Assembly: GCA_026387235.1 (NCBI GenBank)
Contig: JAPLMD010000069.1
Coordinates: 26,920 to 90,919, forward strand
Reading direction: 5' to 3'
Origin: Candidatus Omnitrophota bacterium
GTDB lineage: Bacteria; Omnitrophota; Gorgyraeia; Gorgyraeales; Gorgyraeaceae
DNA: 64,000 nucleotides
The position numbers and the translations under genes are program-made. Position 1 is the stretch's first letter. Each line of letters begins with the position of its first letter. Under the pieces are notes generated by a model. It did not search any database. It was not told where the DNA came from and was given only the letters and a program-made list of their open reading frames with translations. Shown in pieces: positions 9,964-21,329 of the stretch.

Positions 9964-11016
9964 ATGAAGCTGTCTATCAAGAAATTGAAAAATTGTAAGC
10001 ATAGTTTTGAAGTAAATCTTCCTCCGGAGAAGGTAAAAGAGGCTTTTGATGATGTTTATGCTGATCTGGGAAAATACGCGAACGTGCCCGGTTTCAGGCA
10101 GGGTAAGGCGCCAAGAGATCTTTTAGAGCTTCACTATTCTAAAACTGCTAAGGAAGAAGTTTTGAAAAAGCTAATACCAGAAACATATGAAAAGGTTTTA
10201 GAGGAGCATAAGCTGGACCCTTTAGGGTATCCTGACGTAACTGATGTCAAGCTTGATATAAAGGAAGGTTTTTCATATAAGGCTAGCGTTGAAACAAGGC
10301 CTGAGATCAATCTGAAAGACTACAAAGGCCTTAAATTGAAAAAGAAAAACGCAGAGGTCAATGAAGTTGACCTGGCTAAGAACCTGGAATATCTAAGGGA
10401 GATGCATTCCCAGAACGTGCCTAAAGAAGGCAGTCAGGAAAAAGAAAAGGTGCTTCCCAAGCTTGACGATGAATTTGCAAAAGACCTGGGTTTTGAGAAT
10501 CTGGAAAAATTAAAAGAGGTAATGCGGCAGAATCTGAAGACAAAACTGGAACAGGATAGCGAAGCTGACCTGGAAGTCCAGGTCATAGACAATATTCTGA
10601 ATAGCATAGATTTTGAAGTACCTGAAACGCTTGTGAATTCAGAAAAAGAAAGATTGATGAAAGACGCGGATATGCGTATCAAGTACATGGAGGCGCTCCA
10701 GAAAAAAGAAAATCCGGATAAAAAATTTGCCCTGGAAGAAAAAGATAAAAAGGAATTAGAGGCAAATGCTTTCAAGCAGGCAATCCGCCAGGTAAAGGCG
10801 TTTTTTATACTTGATAAGATTGCGCAGTCTGAAAAAATCTATCTGAAAGAAGAAGAAATAGATAAATATATAGAAGGGCTGGCGGCGCAGTATAAAAAGA
10901 CGAAAGATGAGGTCAGGAGTTATCTGGAAAAAGGCCATGGCATGGATGAACTGGCTGTAAACATGAGAAATAAAAAAGTAATGGAGTTTTTGCTGAAAGA
11001 AGCGAAGATAGAATAA
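9964..11016 (+). CDS. tig: Trigger factor, short form lacking the FKBP-type PPIase domain
   Basis: Ribosome-binding N-domain with GFRQGKAP signature. C-domain present ([13 protein letters not shown]…). Only 350 aa. Canonical tig-clpP order. Confidence 0.8.
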   Translation: MKLSIKKLKNCKHSFEVNLPPEKVKEAFDDVYADLGKYANVPGFRQGKAPRDLLELHYSKTAKEEVLKKLIPETYEKVLEEHKLDPLGYPDVTDVKLDIKEGFSYKASVETRPEINLKDYKGLKLKKKNAEVNEVDLAKNLEYLREMHSQNVPKEGSQEKEKVLPKLDDEFAKDLGFENLEKLKEVMRQNLKTKLEQDSEADLEVQVIDNILNSIDFEVPETLVNSEKERLMKDADMRIKYMEALQKKENPDKKFALEEKDKKELEANAFKQAIRQVKAFFILDKIAQSEKIYLKEEEIDKYIEGLAAQYKKTKDEVRSYLEKGHGMDELAVNMRNKKVMEFLLKEAKIE

Positions 11017-11030
11017 CAGGGGAGGTCAAT

Positions 11031-11615
11031 ATGTTAATACCCATGGTAATAGAGCAGTCAGATAGAGGCGAGAGGGCGTATGATATTTATTCAAGGCTTC
11101 TGAAAGACAGGATTATTTTTATCGGTTCGGCGATAGATGATTTGGTAGCGAATGTGGTTATAGCCCAGATGCTTTTTCTTCAGATGGAAGACCGCGAAAG
11201 GGATATAAATATTTATATAAATAGCCCGGGCGGAGCAGTTACGGCAGGCATGGCGATATATGATACAATGCAGTTTGTAAAACCTGATGTGTGCACTTAC
11301 TGCGTAGGGCAAGCAGCCAGCATGGGAGCAGTTTTATTAGCGGCAGGCGCGAAAGGAAAACGCTACGCGCTTCCGAACGCAAGGGTGATGATACACCAGC
11401 CGTGGGGAGGAGTGCAGGGCCAGGCATCAGATATCAGCATACAGGCAAAAGAGATCTTGAAGATGAAAGACAGAATCAACGAGATCCTGGCAAAGCATAC
11501 AGGAAAACCGCTTGACAAGATACAGAAGGATACTGACAGGGATTATTTTATGTCCAGCCAGGAAGCGCTGGAATACGGGATTATAGATGAGATATTTACA
11601 AAAAGCAAGAAATAA
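11031..11615 (+). CDS. clpP: ATP-dependent Clp protease proteolytic subunit
   Basis: Ser-His-Asp region: [19 protein letters not shown]. 194 aa. Confidence 0.95.
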   Translation: MLIPMVIEQSDRGERAYDIYSRLLKDRIIFIGSAIDDLVANVVIAQMLFLQMEDRERDINIYINSPGGAVTAGMAIYDTMQFVKPDVCTYCVGQAASMGAVLLAAGAKGKRYALPNARVMIHQPWGGVQGQASDISIQAKEILKMKDRINEILAKHTGKPLDKIQKDTDRDYFMSSQEALEYGIIDEIFTKSKK

Positions 11616-11628
11616 TAAGGAGACAGAA

Positions 11629-12762
11629 ATGTTAAAAAATTATTTATTAACACCAGGGCCGACGCCGATACCGCCAAGAGTCCTGGAAACAATGGCAAGG
11701 CCGATTATCCATCACAGGACTCCTGAGTTTCAGAGGATTATCCAGGAAGTTGAAGAAGATTTGAAGTATGTATACCAGACTAAAAATGAAGTCCTTATAT
11801 TTACGGCCAGCGGAACAGGCGCAATGGAAGGAGCTATTACAAACCTGCTTTCTCTTGGAGATAAAGCCCTTGTAGTGCGCGGCGGAAAATTCGGCGAAAG
11901 GTTCGGCGAAATCTGCCAGGCATACGGTATTGAGTTTGTCGCTCTAGACGTGGAATGGGGTAAAACAGTAGATCCTAAAAAAATAGACGATATTTTGAAA
12001 AAAGACAAGAAGATAAAGGCAGTATACACTACGTTGTGCGAAACTTCCACAGGGGTAGCCACAGACATAGAAGCAATCGGCAGGGTTTTGAAAAACTATG
12101 AAGCTGCGCTTGTAGTGGACGCGATAAGCGGCCTGGCAGCTATTCCTATAAAGACGGACGAGTGGGGCGCTGATGTAGTGGTGTCCGGCTCCCAGAAGGG
12201 ATTGATGATACCGCCAGGGCTTGCATTTGTAAGCGTGAGCCCAAAAGCATGGCAGATGATTGAAAAATCAACCTTGCCGAAATATTATTTTGATTTCAAG
12301 GCATACAAGAAGGCGCTTGGCAAGACAGATACGCCTTTCACACCTGCTGTAAATTTGATGATTGCGCTCAGAGAAGCGTTAAAGATAATAAAAGAAGAAG
12401 GCCTTGATGTTATATTCGAAAGGCATAAAAAGATGGCTTTTGCGGTGCGCGGCGCAGTTAAAGTAATGGGATTGGAATTATTTAGCCCTGACGCATATTC
12501 AGACGGGGTGACTGCGGTAAAAGTCCCCCAGGGCATAGACGGAGAAAAACTTGTAAAAATAATGAGGGATAAATATGGCGTGGGCATAGCAGGAGGCCAG
12601 GACGAATTAAAAGGCAAAATATTCAGGATCGCCACCATGGGTTATATCACTGCAACTGATCTTATTGTGTGCATAGCTACGCTTGAAACCGTGCTTTCAG
12701 AAATGGGGTATAAATTCCAATTAGGTTCCGGAGTAGGAGCATTGGAGGAAACGCTTAAATAA
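11629..12762 (+). CDS. Class V aminotransferase (AGXT/SPT family; candidate phosphoserine aminotransferase given the serA neighbour)
   Basis: MLKNYLLTPGPTPIPPRV N-terminus. PLP-lysine region SGSQKGLMIPPG. The ORF-track start at 11587 overlaps clpP; the ATG at 11629 follows an AAGGAG-like RBS. Confidence 0.8.
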   Translation: MLKNYLLTPGPTPIPPRVLETMARPIIHHRTPEFQRIIQEVEEDLKYVYQTKNEVLIFTASGTGAMEGAITNLLSLGDKALVVRGGKFGERFGEICQAYGIEFVALDVEWGKTVDPKKIDDILKKDKKIKAVYTTLCETSTGVATDIEAIGRVLKNYEAALVVDAISGLAAIPIKTDEWGADVVVSGSQKGLMIPPGLAFVSVSPKAWQMIEKSTLPKYYFDFKAYKKALGKTDTPFTPAVNLMIALREALKIIKEEGLDVIFERHKKMAFAVRGAVKVMGLELFSPDAYSDGVTAVKVPQGIDGEKLVKIMRDKYGVGIAGGQDELKGKIFRIATMGYITATDLIVCIATLETVLSEMGYKFQLGSGVGALEETLK

Positions 12763-12843
12763 AAGAAAAGACGCGTGGGGTTACAGACAGTGCTGGTGAC
12801 GTCCTATAAAGGGACACCCTATAGCTAAAAGGAGATTTTTGAC

Positions 12844-14430
12844 ATGTTCAAGATACTTGTGAGCGACCCGTTGGCGCAGGAAGGCGTGGATATACTTAAA
12901 AAAGTAAAAGAATTTCAGGTGGACGTAAAACATAAACTGCCTCCCGAAGAACTGAAAAAAATAATAAAAGACTATGACGCGCTTTTAGTCAGAAGCGAGA
13001 CAAAGGTTACAAAAGATATTATAGAGGCCGCAGCTAATTTAAAGGTAATAGGCAGGGCTGGTGTCGGGCTTGATAATGTTGATCTGACTAGCGCTTCCAA
13101 GAGAGGCATCATAGTAATGAATACGCCTGGCGGCAATACTATGTCCACGGCCGAACACGCCGTATCTCTCATGCTTTCTCTTTCAAGAAATATACCCCAG
13201 GCAGATGTGTCTGTTAAAAAAGGCGAATGGGAAAGAAAAAAATTTATGGGCACTGAGGTATACGGGAAGACGCTTGGCATTATAGGCCTTGGCAGGATCG
13301 GGACTGAGGTAGCGAAACGCGCTATTGCGTTCGGCATTAAAGTCATAGCTTATGACCCGTTTTTATCCATGGACAGGGCAAATGAACTTGGAATAGAGTC
13401 AGGCGAATTAAAAGAAATATTCAAAAGAGCCGACTATATAACTGTCCATTCCCCTCTCACGGCGGATACAAAGCATATTATTGATAAAAATGCGATAGAT
13501 TGCATGAAACAAGGCGTCAGGATTATAAATTGCGCAAGAGGCGGCATAATCGATGAAGCAGCTGTTTTGGAAGGCATAAATAGCGGCAAGATAGCGGGCG
13601 CTGCTTTTGACGTTTATGAAAAAGAACCTCCTCTGAAAGACAATCCTTTGTTCAAATGCGACAAGGTTGTTCTTACTCCGCATCTCGGGGCTTCAACCGA
13701 GGAAGCGCAGATAAACGTGGCTGTTGAAATCGCAGATAGCGTCCGCGACGCGCTTCTGGGCTGCGGGATAAGAAACGCGGTAAATGTGCCTTGCGTTGAT
13801 TTTGAATTATATAAAATATTGCAGCCTTATATAAATCTTGGGGAAAAGGTAGGCGCTCTGGTATCGCAGCTTGCCAAGGGAAGAACTCAGGAGATTCAGA
13901 TAAAATATTCAGGAGATGTCGCTAAATATAATCTATCTCCGATTACGGTTGCTATTGTTAAAGGAGTTTTATCGCCGGTATTGCAGGAAACAGTCAATTA
14001 TGTTAACTCCCTGATTGTGGCAAAAGAACGCGGCATCAGGGTAGAAGAGATGAGAGCTACGATGCTTGAAGAGTATTCAAGCCTCATAAGCGTGGAGATA
14101 AAGACAGATACCGGAGTAAGATCTGTTTCCGGCACTTTATTCACCAAAAAGGATGCCAGGATTGTTAAGATAGACGAATTTCACGTGGACGCTATACCGG
14201 AAGGGTATATGATAGTCGCCCATAATATAGATGTGCCTGGTATTATAGGTATGATGGGGACTATCCTGGGGAAAAACAATATCAATATTGCCGCAATGAC
14301 TTTCGGCAGAGAAAAGCCGGGCGGCAAGACATTGTCAGTTTTGAATGTGGATAGCGCAGTCCAGGAGAAAGTGTTAAATGAAATAAGGAACGATAAAAAC
14401 ATATTGGACGCAACATTAATAAAACTTTAA
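12844..14430 (+). CDS. serA: D-3-phosphoglycerate dehydrogenase (long form with C-terminal ASB/ACT domains)
   Basis: NAD-binding GIIGLGRIGTEVA. Catalytic RGG…D…H region. 528 aa. Confidence 0.9.
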   Translation: MFKILVSDPLAQEGVDILKKVKEFQVDVKHKLPPEELKKIIKDYDALLVRSETKVTKDIIEAAANLKVIGRAGVGLDNVDLTSASKRGIIVMNTPGGNTMSTAEHAVSLMLSLSRNIPQADVSVKKGEWERKKFMGTEVYGKTLGIIGLGRIGTEVAKRAIAFGIKVIAYDPFLSMDRANELGIESGELKEIFKRADYITVHSPLTADTKHIIDKNAIDCMKQGVRIINCARGGIIDEAAVLEGINSGKIAGAAFDVYEKEPPLKDNPLFKCDKVVLTPHLGASTEEAQINVAVEIADSVRDALLGCGIRNAVNVPCVDFELYKILQPYINLGEKVGALVSQLAKGRTQEIQIKYSGDVAKYNLSPITVAIVKGVLSPVLQETVNYVNSLIVAKERGIRVEEMRATMLEEYSSLISVEIKTDTGVRSVSGTLFTKKDARIVKIDEFHVDAIPEGYMIVAHNIDVPGIIGMMGTILGKNNINIAAMTFGREKPGGKTLSVLNVDSAVQEKVLNEIRNDKNILDATLIKL

Positions 14431-14442
14431 AAAGGATAGTTT

Positions 14443-15678
14443 ATGAAAAATAATAAAATCTATATCATCGACGTAACAAACAGGGACGGAGTGCAGACTG
14501 CAAAGCTTGGCCTTGCGAAACTTCAAAAGACCATGATAAATATCTTTCTGAACGAGATGGGTATCTATGGCAGTGAGTTTGGCTTTCCTGTCACGCGCCA
14601 TGAGACAAATTATCTGAATGCGAATATAGAGTTGGTAAAGATGGGCGTTTTAAAGCCTATAGTCCTGAATGGGTGGGTAAGGGCCATAAAAGACGATGTA
14701 AAGAAAGCATGCGAAATGACGGATGTTGAAAATCTGAATCTTTCGATATCTACCTCCGAACAAATGACCAACGGAAAATTCCTGGGCAATAAAACGCGGG
14801 ATGATATATTGCTTATGATGACGGACGCAGTGGATTTTGCAAGAAAAAAGAAATTGAAAATAGTAGGCGTAAACGCAGAGGATGCGTCAAGGACTGATAT
14901 GCCGTATCTTATAAAATTCGCAAAGGCGGCAAAAGATCACGGCGCAGACAGGATCAGATATTGCGATACGCTTGGCTACGACGATCCTTTTACAATTTAT
15001 AAAAGGATAAAGATATTGGCCAGCGAGATAAAATTGCCCATAGAGCTTCACTGCCATAATGATTTAGGAATGGTGATCGCGTGTTCTGTAGCAGGCGCAA
15101 AGGCAGCCATAGACGCCGGCTGCGACGCGTATATAAATACCACTGTAAACGGCATGGGAGAGCGGGCCGGAAACGCAGACCTTGTTTCTGTCATACTTGC
15201 TATCAAATATTCAAGCGGGTTCGGAGATAAATACCATCTGGACGAAAGGATTAAATTGAATCACGCGTGGAAGATAGGAAAATATGCTTCCTACGCATTC
15301 AAGGTGCCCATACCTATAAATCATCCCGGCATTGGCGCTAACGCATTTGCACATGAATCAGGTATTCACGCGGACGGCGCCCTAAAAGACAGGCGCAATT
15401 ATGAGCTTTATGATTTTGAAGAGCTGGGAAGAGGAGAACCTGAGCTCATAGAAACAGGCAGGCAGATTATCGCAGGCGAATACTCCGGTATAAAAGGATT
15501 CAGAAATGTATACGATAAACTGGAGATAAAATTTAAAAACGACTTAGAGGCAGCAAATATACTTGAACTTGTCAGATATGCCAACGTGCATACCCAGCAG
15601 CCGCTTACGCACGATGAGCTGCGATTTATAGCGAAATATCCGGAGATAGCCAGGAAAATATTCACGATGACACCATAA
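14443..15678 (+). CDS. 2-isopropylmalate/homocitrate/citramalate synthase family (HMGL-like) enzyme, short form without LeuA regulatory domain
   Basis: DVTNRDGVQT and HCHNDLGMVIACSVAGAKAA metal-binding motifs of the DRE-TIM aldolase family. Confidence 0.75.
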   Translation: MKNNKIYIIDVTNRDGVQTAKLGLAKLQKTMINIFLNEMGIYGSEFGFPVTRHETNYLNANIELVKMGVLKPIVLNGWVRAIKDDVKKACEMTDVENLNLSISTSEQMTNGKFLGNKTRDDILLMMTDAVDFARKKKLKIVGVNAEDASRTDMPYLIKFAKAAKDHGADRIRYCDTLGYDDPFTIYKRIKILASEIKLPIELHCHNDLGMVIACSVAGAKAAIDAGCDAYINTTVNGMGERAGNADLVSVILAIKYSSGFGDKYHLDERIKLNHAWKIGKYASYAFKVPIPINHPGIGANAFAHESGIHADGALKDRRNYELYDFEELGRGEPELIETGRQIIAGEYSGIKGFRNVYDKLEIKFKNDLEAANILELVRYANVHTQQPLTHDELRFIAKYPEIARKIFTMTP

Positions 15679-15684
15679 TGTAGG

Positions 15685-15705
15685 GGGTCGATTAATAATC
15701 GACCC
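15685..15705. promoter_or_regulatory. Perfect 21-nt palindrome GGGTCGATTA-A-TAATCGACCC between the IPMS-like gene and purA
   Basis: 10+1+10 perfect inverted repeat, 7 nt after the upstream stop codon and ~25 nt before the purA RBS. No T-tract follows. Operator or hairpin. Confidence 0.4.
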
Positions 15706-15719
15706 ATTACAGTTGGTAG

Positions 15720-16961
<1,242 letters not shown>

Positions 16962-16976
16962 AAAGGAGAAGTAAAA

Positions 16977-19064
16977 ATGTTATTTTTAGCACCGGTGGGT
17001 TCAATATTGGCGCTGGGTTTTGCGTTTTATCTCGCAGTGTCAATACTCAAAAAGGACGAAGGAAATGAAAAAATGAAAGAGATTGCAGCCGCTGTCAGGA
17101 TAGGCGCTAAGGCGTATCTGAAGAGGCAATATATGGCGGTCTCTTTATTTTTTATAGTAGTGTTTTTTATTCTTTTAGCGTTATCGTTATTTAAATACCT
17201 GCCTATATTCGTGCCTTTTGCATTTTTAACAGGAGGATTTTTTTCAGGGCTTTCCGGTTTTATAGGCATGACCATAGCTACGCAGTCTTCAAACAGGACC
17301 GCGGCAGCAGCAATGAAGAGTTTGAATTCAGGGCTCAGGGTCGCGTTTTCAAGCGGGGCTGTCATGGGCCTTACGGTTGTAGGGCTCGGGCTTCTGGACC
17401 TTAGTATCTGGTATTATTTCTTAAACTGGTATTATTCAGCGCACCCTCTGGCTGTCGGCGTAGATAAGATAGGAGCTATTACTTCTACGATGCTTTGTTT
17501 TGGCATGGGCGCAAGCTCCCAGGCGCTTTTTGCCCGCGTCGGAGGAGGTATTTTTACAAAAGCAGCGGACGTAGGAGCTGATCTTGTTGGAAAAATAGAG
17601 GCAGGAATACCTGAAGATGACCCAAGAAATCCCGCTGTTATCGCAGATAATGTAGGAGATAACGTGGGCGACGTAGCAGGTATGGGCGCGGATCTTTATG
17701 AATCTTATGTAGGCTCTATTGTTGCGACTTCTGCGCTGGGAGTTGCGGCTGGATTAGGAATAGCAGGCGTTACTGTCCCAATGGTTATGGCAGCGGTAGG
17801 TGTTTTGGCATCAATTATAGGCACATTTTTTGTAAGGAGCAAAGAGGATGCAAGCCAGCCGGTGCTTTTAGCTGCTTTAAGAAAAGGCGTATTTGTAAGT
17901 TCTTTTATAGTTGCTATAGCGTCGTATTTTCTTGTTAAATATACCCTTGGTGCTCAGCATATGGGGGTTTACTGGTCAGTTATATCAGGCCTTGTAGCAG
18001 GTGTTTTGATTGGGCTTTCAACAGAATATTACACATCGAGCACTTTTAAGCCTACTAAAACAATTACAGATGCAAGTATTACCGGTCCTGCGACAGTTAT
18101 TATAAGCGGTATTGCAGTTGGCATGATGTCAACTGCAATACCTGTTTTGGTAGTCTGCGTTGCTATTATGGCAAGTTATTTCCTTTCAGGCGGAGCTACA
18201 AATTTTAATTCAGGATTGTATGGAATAGCGATTTCAGCAGTAGGCATGCTTTCTACCCTCGGGATTACTCTTGCAACTGATGCATATGGCCCTGTTGCTG
18301 ATAATGCAGGAGGAAACGCGGAGATGTCTCATCTGCCTCCTGAAGTTAGAAAAAGGACAGATGCGCTTGATGCGCTGGGAAACACAACTGCTGCTACCGG
18401 TAAGGGTTTTGCCATTGGTTCAGCTGCATTGACAGCTTTGGCTTTGATTGCGGCTTACAGGGACCAGGTATATTTATTCGGAAAGACGATGGACCTCAAC
18501 CTCATGAATCCCAGCGTTTTAATAGGCTTATTTATCGGAGGTATGCTCCCATTTTTATTCTGCTCAATGACGATGGCTGCGGTTGGGCGGGCGGCAACGA
18601 AGATTGTTGTAGAAGTGAGAAGGCAGTTCAAAGAAATCGCAGGACTCATGGAAGGCAAGACAAAGCCTGACTATGCGCGTTGCGTGAACATCGCTACGGT
18701 TGCTGCGCAAAAAGAAATGGTAATTCCGTCGCTTTTAGCTATAACATCTCCTATTGCAGTAGGGCTTCTGGTAGGGATTAATGCGGTCGGAGGACTTCTT
18801 ATGGGAGCTACTGTTACAGGGTTCGTGCTGGCGGTAATGATGGCGAATTCAGGCGGGGCGTGGGATAATGCAAAAAAATATATCGAAGAAGGCCATCATG
18901 GCGGAAAAGGTTCCCCTGCTCATAAAGCATGCGTTGTAGGCGATACAGTGGGAGACCCGTTTAAAGATACGTCAGGCCCGTCTCTTAATATTCTGATTAA
19001 ACTGATGTCAATGGTCTCGATTGTATTCGCGTCGTTTATCATAAAGAATACGCTGTTTAAGTGA
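16977..19064 (+). CDS. hppA: Membrane-bound proton/sodium-translocating pyrophosphatase
   Basis: [19 protein letters not shown] and DNVGDNVGD motifs. About 16 TM helices. 695 aa. Confidence 0.95.
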   Translation: MLFLAPVGSILALGFAFYLAVSILKKDEGNEKMKEIAAAVRIGAKAYLKRQYMAVSLFFIVVFFILLALSLFKYLPIFVPFAFLTGGFFSGLSGFIGMTIATQSSNRTAAAAMKSLNSGLRVAFSSGAVMGLTVVGLGLLDLSIWYYFLNWYYSAHPLAVGVDKIGAITSTMLCFGMGASSQALFARVGGGIFTKAADVGADLVGKIEAGIPEDDPRNPAVIADNVGDNVGDVAGMGADLYESYVGSIVATSALGVAAGLGIAGVTVPMVMAAVGVLASIIGTFFVRSKEDASQPVLLAALRKGVFVSSFIVAIASYFLVKYTLGAQHMGVYWSVISGLVAGVLIGLSTEYYTSSTFKPTKTITDASITGPATVIISGIAVGMMSTAIPVLVVCVAIMASYFLSGGATNFNSGLYGIAISAVGMLSTLGITLATDAYGPVADNAGGNAEMSHLPPEVRKRTDALDALGNTTAATGKGFAIGSAALTALALIAAYRDQVYLFGKTMDLNLMNPSVLIGLFIGGMLPFLFCSMTMAAVGRAATKIVVEVRRQFKEIAGLMEGKTKPDYARCVNIATVAAQKEMVIPSLLAITSPIAVGLLVGINAVGGLLMGATVTGFVLAVMMANSGGAWDNAKKYIEEGHHGGKGSPAHKACVVGDTVGDPFKDTSGPSLNILIKLMSMVSIVFASFIIKNTLFK

Positions 19065-19165
19065 GGACATTATTTACGAAGTCCGACCTCGTCCCGAGGG
19101 GCAAGATTTCTGGGGACTCGGCCCCGAGGGAAGGATTTCATGCGATTGCGTTCCTAAGTTTTTCG

Positions 19166-19194
19166 TTGACTTTGACGGATTTATGTATTATGAT
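19166..19194 (+). promoter_or_regulatory. Sigma70-like promoter TTGACT-17-TATGAT upstream of the OmpA-like gene
   Basis: TTGACT at 19166-19171, 17-nt spacer, TATGAT at 19189-19194. About 85 nt upstream of the ATG at 19278. Confidence 0.45.
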
Positions 19195-19277
19195 TAACGA
19201 AAAGTCCCTCGCTGCCCGATGGTAAAAACCATGGCGGCTCGGGATAAAATTTTGTTTCACAAAATTTTGGGGGATAT

Positions 19278-20007
19278 TATGGTAGCGAATAAGAGATTGT
19301 TTACGGTTTTGGTTTTAACATTAGTTTCTATTGCAGTATCCGGATGTTCGGTTACGTTCCAGATGAGGCATAGGAGCGATGTGGAGAAGATAGGTTCGCT
19401 CGGAAACGAAATAGAAGCGCTGAATGCCAAATTAAGCCAATTGCAGGAACAGAAGGAGACAGAGCTGTCTGAGCTGGAAAAGGCAAAACTGCTTCTGGAA
19501 GAAAGGTTGAAACAGGAAATAGACGATAAGAGCGTGCGGCTTGAAATGGCGCAGAAAGGCCTTGCGATTATATTCCTGACAGAAGTTCTTTTTGATTCAG
19601 GCAAGACAGACATAAAGCCGGAGGCATTTCCTTCTCTCGATAAAATAGCAGGCGTTTTAAAAGATAATGTGGAAGACAGAAATATAGGCATAGAAGGCCA
19701 TGCTGACAATGAGCCTATAAAACATTCCAAGTGGAAATCAAACTGGGAGCTTTCTACCTCAAGAGCTACCAGCGTTTTGCATTATCTTGTGGACACGAAA
19801 GGCATAAATCCTAAAAGGGTGGCTGCGATAGGCTACGGCGAATACAGGCCTGTGGCTTCCAATGATACGGCTAGCGGCAGGAGGCAGAATAGAAGGGTTG
19901 AGATAGTCATACTTCCGAAGAATATGGAGAAGATCCAGGCAGATATGGATAAGATTACGCAGAGAAAACAGCAGATAGAAAGACAGCTTAAGAAATATAA
20001 AAAATAG
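19278..20007 (+). CDS. OmpA-family peptidoglycan-associated lipoprotein with coiled-coil linker
   Basis: Lipobox LVSIAVSGC. Coiled coil. C-terminal OmpA_C domain (…GHADNEPI…LSTSRATSV…). Start moved to the ATG at 19278. Confidence 0.8.
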
Positions 20008-20024
20008 AAGGGAGCGAATTAAAA

Positions 20025-20399
20025 ATGGATAAGATAAAGTCCAATTTTATGATTGTTGTTGCAGTGCTGATTGTTCTGTGTATCGTTCTTGCAGGTTATG
20101 CTGCAAGTTTAAATAGCCAGCTCAGCGCTGAAAAAACTAAAGTCATACAGCTTAACGATCAGATAGCCGGGCTTAATGCCAAGGCAAATGGCTTACAAAC
20201 ACAGTTAACCAGCTTGACTGCGCAGGCCGGCGACCAGACAACGCTTGTCAACAGCTTGCAGGGTTCTCTGAACAGTTTGCGAAGTTCGCTAGATACAGCT
20301 AACGCGGAATCAGAGAAGTTAAAAACAGCGTACGCAGACCTTGAATCAAAATTGAAAACGCAAGTCCTCGCTGATACTACGCAATCAGTAGCCAAATAA
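20025..20399 (+). CDS. Membrane-anchored coiled-coil protein (hypothetical)
   Basis: N-terminal TM followed by Q/L/S-rich heptad repeats. No enzyme motifs. Confidence 0.5.
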   Translation: MDKIKSNFMIVVAVLIVLCIVLAGYAASLNSQLSAEKTKVIQLNDQIAGLNAKANGLQTQLTSLTAQAGDQTTLVNSLQGSLNSLRSSLDTANAESEKLKTAYADLESKLKTQVLADTTQSVAK

Positions 20400-20499
20400 G
20401 CTGTTTCTGCAGAGTAATCAGCTGCCCTGGCTTGTCCCTTGACTTTGCTCGGGACTTTGCTGGCCGCGAATGTGCAGAATTTTATGGAACTATAAAAGG

Positions 20500-20545
20500 A
20501 CGCGAATCGTATTTGGCAAAAATGCGAATTCGCGTTTTTCTTTTC
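20500..20545 (+). terminator. Terminator-like hairpin plus T-tract downstream of the coiled-coil gene
   Basis: 8-bp stem ACGCGAAT (20500-20507) / ATTCGCGT (20528-20535) followed by TTTTTCTTTTC. Confidence 0.4.
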
Positions 20546-20629
20546 AAATTTGCCCGCCTAAGGCGGCAAATTTGACCCCGAGCCGCTCTATATTTCTAAA
20601 TAATATGCGGCGAGGGGTAACCGAAATCA

Positions 20630-21325
20630 ATGATACCAAAACATATAGCGATAATAATGGACGGGAATGGAAGATGGGCTGAAGCCAGGGGGCTTCCAAA
20701 GGTTATGGGCCACAAGCAAGGCGTGGAGTCTGTAAGAAGAATTGTAAAAGCGTGTCTTAACGCAGAGGTTAAATATCTAACGCTATATGCGTTTTCAACA
20801 GAAAATTGGGCCAGGCCTGACCATGAAGTAAAGGCGTTGTTTCAATTGCTTGAAAATTTTATAGATACAGAATTCAAGCTTTTTCACGATAAAGGCATAA
20901 GATTTTGCGTAATAGGAGAAAGGCATAAGATACAGAAGGATGTCCTTAAGAAAATAGAAAATTTGGAAAAGGATACGCTGCGCTATAATAATCTGACGGT
21001 CAATATAGCCTTAAGCTATGGCGCCAGGCAGGAGATATTGAATGCTGCAAAAAAGCTGGCGGAAGAGGTAAAAGACGGGAAATTAAAATCGCAAGAGATA
21101 GACGAAAATATATTTTCAGAAAGGCTTTATACTGCCGGACAGCCGGATCCTGATCTATTAATACGGACAAGCGGAGAGATGCGGGTATCAAATTTTCTCT
21201 TATGGCAGATTTCTTATGCTGAATTTTATGTGACTGAAACGCTCTGGCCTGATTTTGACGAGAATGAATTAAATAAAGCCATAGAAGAATATAATAAAAG
21301 GGACAGGAGATTCGGAGGCAGGTAA
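20630..21325 (+). CDS. uppS: Undecaprenyl diphosphate synthase (cis-prenyltransferase)
   Basis: HIAIIMDGNGRWA and the C-terminal RFGG motif. Confidence 0.95.
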   Translation: MIPKHIAIIMDGNGRWAEARGLPKVMGHKQGVESVRRIVKACLNAEVKYLTLYAFSTENWARPDHEVKALFQLLENFIDTEFKLFHDKGIRFCVIGERHKIQKDVLKKIENLEKDTLRYNNLTVNIALSYGARQEILNAAKKLAEEVKDGKLKSQEIDENIFSERLYTAGQPDPDLLIRTSGEMRVSNFLLWQISYAEFYVTETLWPDFDENELNKAIEEYNKRDRRFGGR

Positions 21326-21329
21326 AGTT

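Noticed and set aside
20470-20682. 70-aa + strand ORF in the uppS leader
   Set aside because: Spans the hairpin-rich intergenic region and overlaps the uppS start. Arbitrary composition, no RBS. More likely structured non-coding leader.
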